Shown: piece after piece, positions 45,896 to 54,534 of the stretch | Numbering within the stretch: the stretch's first letter is position 1 | How the letters are laid out: each line of letters opens with the position of its first letter | Assembly: GCA_963745025.1 (NCBI GenBank) | Contig: CAVUWD010000014.1 | Coordinates: forward strand, 240,339 to 304,338 | DNA from: an uncultured delta proteobacterium | Lineage (GTDB): Bacteria > Desulfobacterota > Binatia > JACPRU01 | Direction of reading: 5' to 3' | Length of the DNA: 64,000 nt | Notes under the pieces: model-generated | The model's input: only the letters and a program-made list of their open reading frames with translations | The model's database searches: none | What the model was told of the DNA's origin: nothing | Made by a program: the position numbers and the translations under genes

Positions 45896-46945
45896 TTAGT
45901 GTCCAGCTGCCTTCAAGCGCAGATCGTCCTCGACCGCGCGCACCCCCGGGACTGCACGCGCCGTCACCGCAGCCTCCAGGCGGCGCGCCTCGCTGGGGAC
46001 GGTCCCCGTCAGCCGCACGACCCCGTTCTTCACCTCTATGCCGATGTCCTTGAGGTCAGGAGTGTCAAAAACCTGCTTCACCGCGCGCTCCAACTCATCG
46101 TCACGCATCTTCCCCGCGGCCTGCTTGGCGCTCGCCACCACCTGCAGTTCGTTCTCCACACGCTTGACGCCGCTCACCTTCTGAGCATCGGCCTCAGCAG
46201 CTGCCTTCGCTTGCTGCGAGGGCACGATCCCGAAGAGCGTCACCACCCCCGCCCATGTGTCCACATTGATGTCGAGTGCCGGGGTCTGGCTGTCGGCAAG
46301 CAAGCGCATCTTGACGGCCGAGGTGATCCAGATGTCGCTGGCCGTATCCCACACGCCCTTCCCCTCACCGGGTGGTTGCGGCGTCGACTCACGCCAGATC
46401 TCTGCATCGGCCAGCGTGTCGGGGCTCTGCACCTCACTGGCGACCCGCCGCACGCCCGGCACTTCAGCCGCTACCTCGACAGCGCGCAGGTGCGCGCTCA
46501 AGGTCTTGGCCGTGCCACCCAGCAGCACCACGCCCTGGTTCACGGACTGCACGGTGATCTGGCTGCTCTTGAGGGAAGGATCAGCCTGTAACTCCTGCTC
46601 GATGCGCTGCTTGAGGGCGTCATCGGACACCTGCATCGCCTTCTCGTGCTGCGGGGCCACCACCTGGAGCAGATTGCGCACGCTCTTCACGCCGTCGATC
46701 TTCTGAGCGACGCTCTCGGCTTTGGTCTTCTCTTCCGCAGAGCCCACTTTGCCGTGCAAGGTGACCCGGCCGAGGACGGTATCCACCTTGATAGCCGTCC
46801 CGCTGACTCCCTCCGTTGTCAGGAGCGCGAGCTTGGTCTTGAGGGTGATCCAGGCGTCGGGCGTGGCCGCCCCGGCTGGGGTGGCCAGCGCAACGCCTAG
46901 GACCACCGCGAGTAGGCTGGACCGAATCCATGAGGTCCTCTGCAT
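45896..46945 (-). CDS. Multi-BON (4 domains) OsmY-like periplasmic protein
   Basis: Signal peptide; repeated DAWIT/DIWIT..VDT..GRVTL.G..GVK.V.N.L units. Confidence 0.93.
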   Translation of the reverse strand: MQRTSWIRSSLLAVVLGVALATPAGAATPDAWITLKTKLALLTTEGVSGTAIKVDTVLGRVTLHGKVGSAEEKTKAESVAQKIDGVKSVRNLLQVVAPQHEKAMQVSDDALKQRIEQELQADPSLKSSQITVQSVNQGVVLLGGTAKTLSAHLRAVEVAAEVPGVRRVASEVQSPDTLADAEIWRESTPQPPGEGKGVWDTASDIWITSAVKMRLLADSQTPALDINVDTWAGVVTLFGIVPSQQAKAAAEADAQKVSGVKRVENELQVVASAKQAAGKMRDDELERAVKQVFDTPDLKDIGIEVKNGVVRLTGTVPSEARRLEAAVTARAVPGVRAVEDDLRLKAAGH

Positions 46946-47121
46946 GAATCTTCTCCTTTGGGTTGTGTTGTGACGTGAAATGCGCGGACCGCCGTTCCAC
47001 GAATCAACATCGTGATGCCCGCGCTCGAAGGCCTACCTGCTTTGGCCCGGCCCCGACGCGCTCACGCGCGCCGGATCACCTTCAGCTTTTCTCGGCGCGG
47101 GGCAGCGCTGCTCCCGGCTCG

Positions 47122-48422
47122 TTACCGAAGGGACTCGAAGTTGAGGATTGACGACAGAATGTCGCCTAAGATGGAATAGTTTCCGTTAGAATAGCTGCCG
47201 TATTGATGGCGGCTGTCGTAGCCATCTTCATAGCCGCGACGGAAGCCCTCGCGGAAGTAGTAGTTGTAGTCGTCTCGGTCTACATAAAAGCCATTATAAC
47301 CGTAGTTAGCATCCCGATAGGCATAAGAGTCGCGGTAGCTGGAAGCCCAGCGATCCTCCCGGTCTGCCTGTCCAGCACGAAAACCCTCTTCGTAGCCGTA
47401 GTTCACGGCTCGCCGAAGCAACTCTGCGCCGTATTGATTCGTCTGGTAGTACCTACCGCTGCGCAAGTACCGATAGCTTGGGGGCGTGTAGAAGTACGGA
47501 TCACTACTGTAGTTGTAGTTACGTTCATTCTCGATACGTATTTGCTGCTGACGTAGGCGCTCTAAGTACTGTTGCTGAAAACGGTACTGCGCCATACGCT
47601 TCTCTTGCTGTAGCTGCGCCGACTGCTGTTGTAGCACGCGCTGCTGCTCCTCTAGATGTTGACGGTACTGCACGAGACTTTGTTGTTGCTGATTAATAAG
47701 CTGTTGCTGCTGCTGTTGTGACAGGCGTTGCTGCTGCAGGCGCTGTTGGTCCTGCTGCTGCGCCTTTTGCTGCTGTTCCTGTTGCTGGCGCTGCTGCTCT
47801 TGCTGCTGCTGCACCTTTTGCTGCTGTTGCTGTTGCTGCTGCTGCTCCTGCTGCTGCACCTTTTGCTGCTGTTGCTGTTGCTGCCTGCTGCTGCTGCTGC
47901 GCCTTTTGCTGCTGTTCCTGTTGCTGGCGCTGCTGCTCTTGCTGCTGCTGCGCCTTTTGCTGCTGTTCCTGTTGCTGGCGCTGCTGCTCTTGCTGCTGCT
48001 GCACCTTTTGCTGCTGTTGCTGTTGCTCCTGCTGCTGCTGCGCCTTTGCTGCTGTTCCTGTTGCTGGCGCTGCTGCTCCTGCTGCTGCTGCCCTTTTGCT
48101 GCTGTTGCTGCTGCTCCTGCTGCTGCTGCGCCTGCTGCTGTTCCTGTTGCTGGCGCTGCTGCTCCTGCTGCTGCTGCACCTTTTGCTGCTGCTGCTCCTG
48201 CTGTTGCTGCGCCTTTTGCTGCTGTTCCTGTTGCTGGCGCTGCTGCTCTTGCTGCTGCTGCACCTTTTTTTGCTGCTTTTCTTTTTCCTGCTGCTTTTGA
48301 TCTTCCTGCTGCTGTTGGTCTTGCTGCGGTTGTTGCTGCGCGTTGGTCGGTACACTTATTCCCACTAAAGACACCGCGGTGATTGCGACCACCGCCACTA
48401 CGTTCAACATGGCAATTTTCAT
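47122..48422 (-). CDS. Secreted glutamine-rich protein with a Tyr/Arg/Gly-rich C-terminal domain (frameshifts in the repeat)
   Basis: MKIAMLNVVAVVAITAVSLVGIS signal peptide; Q-rich tract; C-terminal YGAELLRRAVNYGYEEGFRAG..YFREGFRRGYEDGY. Confidence 0.85.
47700..48345 (-). repeat. CAG/CAA-rich tandem repeat (~51-bp unit, QQQQEQQRQQQEQQQK[A/V])
   Basis: Recurrent CAGCAGCAGCAAGAGCAGCAGCGCCAGCAACAGGAACAGCAGCAAAAGG[C/T]G. Confidence 0.95.
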
Positions 48423-48522
48423 TGTAAACCTCCTTGAAGCTAGGCGGCCTCACGCCGCAGAAGGTTCCTCCGCCCGTATCCCACCGTCACCGCGGGTTTC
48501 GGTATCGACGCCTCGCGGCTAG

Positions 48523-48538
48523 AGCAACAGGCACGCCA
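48523..48538 (-). promoter_or_regulatory. Putative sigma-54 promoter of the Q-rich gene
   Basis: TGGCGTGCCTGTTGCT = GG-N10-GC. Confidence 0.6.
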
Positions 48539-48615
48539 ATCAGGAAGTTGCACGAGCTGTTTCATGAACGGTGTTTTCTGAATGACAATCTAAGCGACGT
48601 CGGCGGCAGCTGAAA

Positions 48616-48825
48616 TCAGGGAATTCCCTTAGCCGCGGATCCTAGCGCAGACCGGAACGACGTTGTTGATGGTCGGGGGTTTCCCTACTTCGCCGACTCG
48701 ACAGCCGCAGACCAGGCGAGAGGAAGCTTTGAACGATAGCTGGAGCTGCGGCGCTGTGGGCCCGTCCGACATCCCGGTTACCACGTCGCGTACGAAACTT
48801 CTGCTCCCATAGGGGACTTCCCTCA
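48616..48825. promoter_or_regulatory. Three 16-bp boxes in a divergent intergenic region
   Basis: TCAGGGAATTCCCTTA (48616), TCGGGGGTTTCCCTAC (48673), TAGGGGACTTCCCTCA (48810). Confidence 0.75.
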
Positions 48826-48921
48826 TAGCGCTCTCGGCTATTTCGAGCGTTAGTGGCTGCTGAGGCGTATCTGCGCAATCGCAGCGCCCGAGAGAGACAA
48901 TCGGACACAGGTGACACTTCA

Positions 48922-49161
48922 ATGAAGACCACGACAATCGCCGGCATCCTTCTCATCCTGCTTGGGGCAGTCGCGCTCATGTACCAGGGAATCACCTACA
49001 CGAAGCGCGAGAAGCTACTGGACCTCGGCCCCATCCACGCAACGACGGAGACGCAAAAGACGATTCCGCTGCCGCCGGTGGTAGGTGGCTTGGCCCTCGT
49101 CGGGGGCATCGTTATCCTCGTGCTCGGCGCAAGGCGTCCCGAGGGGAAGGGAATACTATGA
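48922..49161 (+). CDS. DUF3185-like small membrane protein
   Basis: IAGILLILLGAVALMYQGITYTKREKLLDLGPIHAT..TIPLPPVVGGLALVGG. Confidence 0.85.
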   Translation: MKTTTIAGILLILLGAVALMYQGITYTKREKLLDLGPIHATTETQKTIPLPPVVGGLALVGGIVILVLGARRPEGKGIL

Positions 49162-49307
49162 GTCCTATTCTTTTCGTCCTGGCAATCCTGTTGGTCCTGG
49201 GAGGCCTGCCGAACTGGAAACTCCACTCGTACGGGTATGGCCCGTCGGGCGTTGGCGGTGTGGCCCTCATTATCCTGTGCATCGCGCTGCTGGCCGGTGC
49301 CTTGTGA
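49158..49307 (+). CDS. DUF3309 small membrane protein (49 aa)
   Basis: MSPILFVLAILLVLGGLPNWKLHSYGYGPSGVGGVALIILCIALLAGAL*; ATGA overlap. Confidence 0.85.
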   Translation: MSPILFVLAILLVLGGLPNWKLHSYGYGPSGVGGVALIILCIALLAGAL

Positions 49308-49334
49308 CGTAGACCCGGACAGCAGGACCGTCCG

Positions 49335-49650
49335 TGGCTAATTGCTTCGTCCGGGTGGCCGCGGAAGAACCCTGCCAAGTAGCAGCGGCTCGGCGGAACC
49401 GTGCCGAAGGGAGGGCTGTTGGTCGGTGCACCCGGAACGGAAAAGACCACTGCTCGCACGGGCGGTTGCCGGACAGGCGGGCGTCCCGTTCTTCAGCCTG
49501 AGCGCCTCGGAGTTCGTGGAGATGATCGTTGGCGTCGGCGCCTCCCGCGTCCGCGATCTGTTCCGGAGGCGCGCGAGGCTGCGCCGTCGATCATCTTCAT
49601 CGACGAGCTGGACGCCATCGGCCGCACTCGTGGCAGCGGCGCACAGCTCG
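49335..49650 (+). pseudogene. ftsH: FtsH AAA-domain remnant
   Basis: [12 protein letters not shown] / [37 protein letters not shown] / [15 protein letters not shown], with a stop and frameshifts. Confidence 0.88.
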
Positions 49651-49740
49651 GCGGCCGTTATTGGGACTCGAGCGTCCCCCTCGAACGATAGGTCCATATG
49701 GGAGAGGAGAGAGCTCGAACGTCATCGCCACCTCTGATTT

Positions 49741-50271
49741 TTAGCCACCGTACGCCGCTAGCTCGATGGGCTCTGTCTTTCGAAGGATTTCGCTGGCTTT
49801 GGAAGCTTCACCATTTGCACCGTGAACTACCAGGAGAAACTTGTTCGCCCTGAGTGCGCTTTCGTAGTTGATCACACTGCTCTTGGGGATGCCCATGATG
49901 TGAAGAGCCGATCCTAAAGCAGTTAGGCCATTGTGGACCGTCGCTCCCTCCAAGGCGCCCACGATGGACTCAACCAGCGGGCCGCCCACCAGGATCGGCC
50001 CTACCCCTGGCATCCAGAAGAAGGCCTCCGCTTTGAGGAGCCTCCAGATTCCGCCCCAGAAGGCTCCGAGCTTCCCCCAGTATTTCAAACGGTCGCCCGT
50101 CTTGTAATAGCCGACCACATGGTCTTCGGTACGGTAGTCTTTTCCAACGATGGAGAGCAGCTTCATGTCGATTCCAGCGGTCTGAAGCTCCTCGACGGCC
50201 GCTTCGGCATCGGTGTGCGTATTGTAGATGGCCACCGCTGAGTTTTGACTCTTATTCTTCTCGTTCAACAT
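49741..50271 (-). CDS. General stress protein (17M/YflT/DUF1269-like)
   Basis: VAIYNTHTDAEAAVEELQTAGIDMKLLSIVGKDY..GIPKSSVINYESALRANKFLLVVHG. Confidence 0.85.
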   Translation of the reverse strand: MLNEKNKSQNSAVAIYNTHTDAEAAVEELQTAGIDMKLLSIVGKDYRTEDHVVGYYKTGDRLKYWGKLGAFWGGIWRLLKAEAFFWMPGVGPILVGGPLVESIVGALEGATVHNGLTALGSALHIMGIPKSSVINYESALRANKFLLVVHGANGEASKASEILRKTEPIELAAYGG

Positions 50272-50300
50272 CGGTCTCCTTTTTGGCGTCGCTTTGTACT

Positions 50301-50364
50301 GTAAGATTTTCCCTCATGGAGCACACTCGGGGATAACCCCTATTCTGGTCCGGGTTTCTCCTTA
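50301..50364. promoter_or_regulatory. Three tandem 16-bp boxes
   Basis: GTAAGATTTTCCCTCA (50301), TCGGGGATAACCCCTA (50327), TCCGGGTTTCTCCTTA (50349). Confidence 0.75.
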
Positions 50365-50432
50365 TAGCGTCCGCGTACCCCTCCGTGCGTTACTCACGTG
50401 TTGGTGACGCTCGGCTTCACGGAGGTGACCGA

Positions 50433-50813
50433 ATGTTCAGAGACCAAAGGCGACGAGCAGACCCCGATCAGGCCACGAGGGATTACTCTACGATCGCCGA
50501 TGACGGCATCGTTTTTGCCGCGAACCTCCCGGCCCACGGGACACGCGCGTGCCTCCCGGAGATATCTCTCGTCGCGGCAATATTCGAGGACGCTGTCCGA
50601 TGCCTTCAGCGAGTTAGCCGCGGCGTGACGTACCGCCAGTCCTCGGAGGCTTTCGAATGGATCGCATCCGAGCGGCGCGACTGGCCGTTTGCTTTCGTCA
50701 ATATCTGCGATTTGCTCGGAATTGATGCGAAGGCGGTGCGGAAGCAACTTCGAATTAGCGACGAAGGTAGCGGTAATGGTCTCAAGCGCTCGAGTGGTAC
50801 ATCACCGACGTGA
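50433..50813 (+). CDS. Conserved hypothetical protein
   Basis: PEISLVAAIFEDAVRCL..EAFEWIASERRDWPFAFVNICDLLGID; GGAGG RBS. Confidence 0.7.
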   Translation: MFRDQRRRADPDQATRDYSTIADDGIVFAANLPAHGTRACLPEISLVAAIFEDAVRCLQRVSRGVTYRQSSEAFEWIASERRDWPFAFVNICDLLGIDAKAVRKQLRISDEGSGNGLKRSSGTSPT

Positions 50814-50967
50814 TCCTGCGCGCTGTCAGCGGCATCGAGTTTGTTCGCGAGCTGGCGGAACTCGGCCTCCTTTCTTGGAGGCGTCATCGCCGTCGAGAGA
50901 CATACAATTGACGAGAAGGCGTCGAAGAAATCAGCGCGCCTCGCAGTCCTCTGGAGCGCACTGAAGC

Positions 50968-53517
50968 TCAAAGCAGCGCGTGCCGGCGATAGAACCAGGA
51001 CTTAACGGCCTGCACCAGCAGGAGGTAGGTCACGGCGAGAAACGCGATCGCACCCAACAGCGACACCGGCAGCGGGATAAACCCCAGCAGGCTCCCGAGC
51101 GGCGTGTACGGCAGCACAGCGGCGATCGCCACGACGGCTAACACGCCTGATCAGCAACGGCCGGCTGGGACGGCTCTTGAGCGGGTTGCCTGCCGTCCGG
51201 ATCACAAACACCACCAGCGTCTGTGTCGCCAGGGATTCCACGAACCATCCGGTGTGGAATAGCGGCGCGTTCGTGGAAGCGTGGAACACCCAGAGCAGTA
51301 CCCCGAAAGTGAGGAAATCGTAGATCGAGCTGATGGGACCGATGATCATCATGAACTGGCGAATGAACGCGATCTGCCATCGCTTGGGCCGGTGCAGCAG
51401 GGCGGGATCGACATTGTCGCTGGGGATGCTGATCTGCGAGATGTCATACAGAAAGTTGTTCAGCAGGATCTGCGTCGGCAGCATAGGCAGGAATGGCAGG
51501 AAGAGCGACGCCGCGGCCATGCTGAACATATTGCCGAAGTTCGAGCTCGTGCCCATGATGATGTACTTCATGATGTTGGCGAAGCAGCGCCGCCCCTCGA
51601 TGACCCCGTCGTTCAAGACCGCCAGGTCCTTCTCCAGCAGGATGATCTTCGCCGCGTCCTTCGCCACCTCCACGCCGTTCACGACCGAAATGCCGACATC
51701 CGCGGTGTGCAGCGACGGAGCATCGTTGATGCCGTCACCCATGTACCCGACGACGTGCCCACGCGCCTTCAGAGCGAGGATGACCCGGTTCTTCTGTTCA
51801 GGAGACACGCGGGCGAAGATGGCGCCATTCTCCGCCTGGTAGGCCAGAGCGGCATCGTCCATCGTGTCGACCTGGTTCCCGGTGACAATGCGGTCTGCCG
51901 CCAGCCCGACGTCGCGCGCGATCTTCTGTGTCACGTACTGGTTGTCGCCGGTCATGATGACCACGGAGACGCCATTCTGTTTCAGCGCCTCGAGAACGGA
52001 AGGAATCCCTTCCTTGGGCGGGTCGAGGAAGGCCGCGAACCCGACCAGCGTCATATCCCGCTCGGCCGCCGGCGTGTAGACATCCTGCTTGTCCACCTTC
52101 AGCACCGCGACCCCAAGCGTGCGGTAACCGTCGGCGCTCAGCTTCTTGAAGGTCTCCTCCGCCTGCGCGCGCCGGCTTTCGTCGAACGGCTGGGGCGACC
52201 CATCGATGCTCACGGTCTGGCAGATGGCCAAAATACGCTCTCTGCCTCGCCCTTGGTGATGAGGAGGTGCTCGTCACCATGCCGCACCACCACCGAAAGG
52301 CGCTTGCGGTTGAAGTCGAAGGGGATCTCGTCCACCTTCGCGTACTCCGCGATCGTAGGGTGCTCGTGCTTCAGGATCGGCATCGTCCAGCGGGCTCTTG
52401 ATGCCCGCTTCAAAGTAGCTGTTCAGGTAGATGAGCCGCAGAACGTTCTCATCGTCCTTCCCCTGGACATCCACGTGCCGGTCAAGCACGATCTCCCCTT
52501 CGGTCAGTGTGCCCGTCTTGTCGCTGCAGAGGATCGTCACGCTGCCGAAATCCTCGATGGCCGCAAGTTGCTTGACGAGAACCTTCTTCCTGGTCATCCG
52601 CCTCGCGCCCTGGGCCAGGGTGACGGTGATGATCATCGGCATCATCTCCGGCGTCATCCCGACCGCCAGCGCGACGGAGAAGAGGAACGACTCCAGCAGC
52701 GGGCGGTGGAAGTACGATGTTGACCAGCAGAACGAAAAGCACGAGCAGCATGATCACCCGCGTGATCATCAGCCCGAAGTGGCGTATGCCACGGCCGAAC
52801 TCGGTCTCCGGCGGCCGCGCAGCCAGGCGCTGGGCGATCTCGCCGAAGGCGGTGTCTCTGCCTGTGCGGACGATGACCGCGGTGCCAATCCCTGTCTGAA
52901 CCGCAGTGCCCAGGAAGACGCTGTTGCTCGCGTCGGCAATGCCGTGCTTCCCCTCCGGAAGATCATGCGCTGCCTTCTCGACGGGCAGAGACTCCCCGGT
53001 GAGCGCCGACTCGCGCACGTGCAGGTCCTTTACCTCCAGCAGACGGGCGTCCGCCGGCACGAGGTCTCCGGCATTGAGCCGGACGATGTCCCCCGGGACC
53101 AGTTCTGCTATCGGCAGTTCCTGTTCTCGCCCGTCACGCATAACGGCGGCCGTTGTGGCGACCTGCTTCCGAATCTCCTCCACCGCATGTCGAGCCTGGA
53201 ACTCCATGAAGAAGTTCAGCAGCACGCTGAGCAGGACGATCGCGATGATGATCAGTCCGCCGACCGGGTCACCCAGCGCGAGGGATATGGCGCTGGCCAC
53301 GAGAAGGATGATGACGAGGGGATTGGCAAAGAAGCGGAGGAAGGCGAGCAAGCCCTGCGAAGCGCGACTCCCGCACCAGGCTGTTCGGGCCATAGAGACG
53401 CAAGCGCCGTTTCGCCTCATCGGAGGTCAGCCCGGCCGGCGTTGCCTGCAGCAGTTCGAGCAGGTCCTGCAGCGGCCTGTCCCAAAACCCGTGTAGAGAA
53501 GTGTCCGGTTCTGTCAC
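50968..53517 (-). CDS. mgtA: Mg2+-translocating P-type ATPase (multiple apparent frameshifts)
   Basis: ESALTGES, PEMMP, CSDKTGTLT, FDFNRKR, MTGDN, GDGINDAP, SSNFGNMFS, FHTGWFVES over about 6 frame segments. Confidence 0.9.
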
Positions 53518-53699
53518 GGCGTCTCGGCCTCCCCTGTCGGCCAGCGCTCGCCGTCCCGCACGCACCGTCTCAGTACTGGCCTGCAGCCCCTGACACCAGA
53601 TCGCAGGCAACGTCGGTGCTAGCCCTCCGGTAGATACCGGCATGTTACCACAACCACCGTCGACTATGCTCAAACGAGGCTGGCTCCGTCGGCCGCAGT

Positions 53700-53907
53700 C
53701 GGTGTGTGGCGCGGCCGGCCGTGGGCCGCCGGCGCGGTGGTGCTGCTGGCGGTGAGCATCGCAGCCACGGCGCTCATCGAGGGGTTCGCCCTCGGCATCG
53801 TCGCCTATCTGCGCGCCCTGCTGGTCGCGGTGCTCTCCATCGTCGTCGGCTTGGTCGTCGCGGCGTATGTCAACCAGCAGCGCGGACCGGTGTCGCGGAT
53901 CGACTGA
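53700..53907 (+). pseudogene. 3' half duplicate of the membrane protein gene at 42491-42854 (inverted)
   Basis: GVWRGRPWAAGAVVLLAVSIAATALIEGFALGIVAYLRALLVAVLSIVVG..RID*; shares the GCGGATCGACTGATCGC end. Confidence 0.8.
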
Positions 53908-54005
53908 TCGCGGTTCCAGCAGTCCCGGCTCCAGCCCAGCTGCGTGGATATTCACACGGCTCAACGGCCTGCCAGCTCACCCCCTTGGCGGCCGAATCCC
54001 GCAAC

Positions 54006-54045
54006 TAGGGGCTTGTCCGTACTTGCGCGGCGCAAGGCGTAGCGT
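54006..54045 (+). promoter_or_regulatory. Degenerate box plus a promoter resembling 22527-22571
   Basis: TAGGGGCTTGTCCGTA CTTGCGCGGCGC AAGGCGTAGCGT. Confidence 0.55.
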
Positions 54046-54085
54046 CACTTTGAGCTGATTGACAACTCGAGAGCGAGGTGAAGAC

Positions 54086-54319
54086 ATGTCTGCCGACGGC
54101 TACACTTACCGCACACACCTGACGCCGAGAGGTTGGGAAAGGGGCTCTCGCCCGAGCGATGCCCTGGAAACCTGGGAAGTCAAAGTTGAGCAGCGCCAGG
54201 CCCCTGAGCCTGTGCGGTCACACCCTAGGCGCGTGCGGACGAACCCGCAAACTTCACCGCAGAATCCAAACGATCTAGAGCGAGCGCGCAAAGATCACGG
54301 CGAGCGCCCGCGCATTTGA
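54086..54319 (+). CDS. Hypothetical protein
   Basis: MSADGYTYRTHLTPRGWERG..; GAGGTG RBS. Confidence 0.5.
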   Translation: MSADGYTYRTHLTPRGWERGSRPSDALETWEVKVEQRQAPEPVRSHPRRVRTNPQTSPQNPNDLERARKDHGERPRI

Positions 54320-54534
54320 GATTGGGACTCACGGAGATTCGGTCAACCGACGTGTCGGGCCACCACCGGGCGGGCGATCTGTGCGGCCCGCAGCTTATTC
54401 GGGCCCCGGGCCCTGTCGGGAGCCCGGGGCCAGGCGCTCTGCGGCTGCGTAGGCGCAGTGGCGTGGGCTTCGCAGCCGGTAGCGAGCGAGGTCGCATCCC
54501 GCATGGCGAGCTCCGATTCGCCCTGGTCGTACCG

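Noticed and set aside
47700-48345. Possible CRISPR array
   Set aside because: Tandem coding repeat with no unique spacers and no cas genes.
47693-48453. Poly-Cys, poly-Leu, poly-Ala and poly-Ser ORFs in other frames and on the other strand
   Set aside because: Shadow translations of the CAG/CTG repeat. Only the Gln frame connects a signal peptide to a globular C-terminus.
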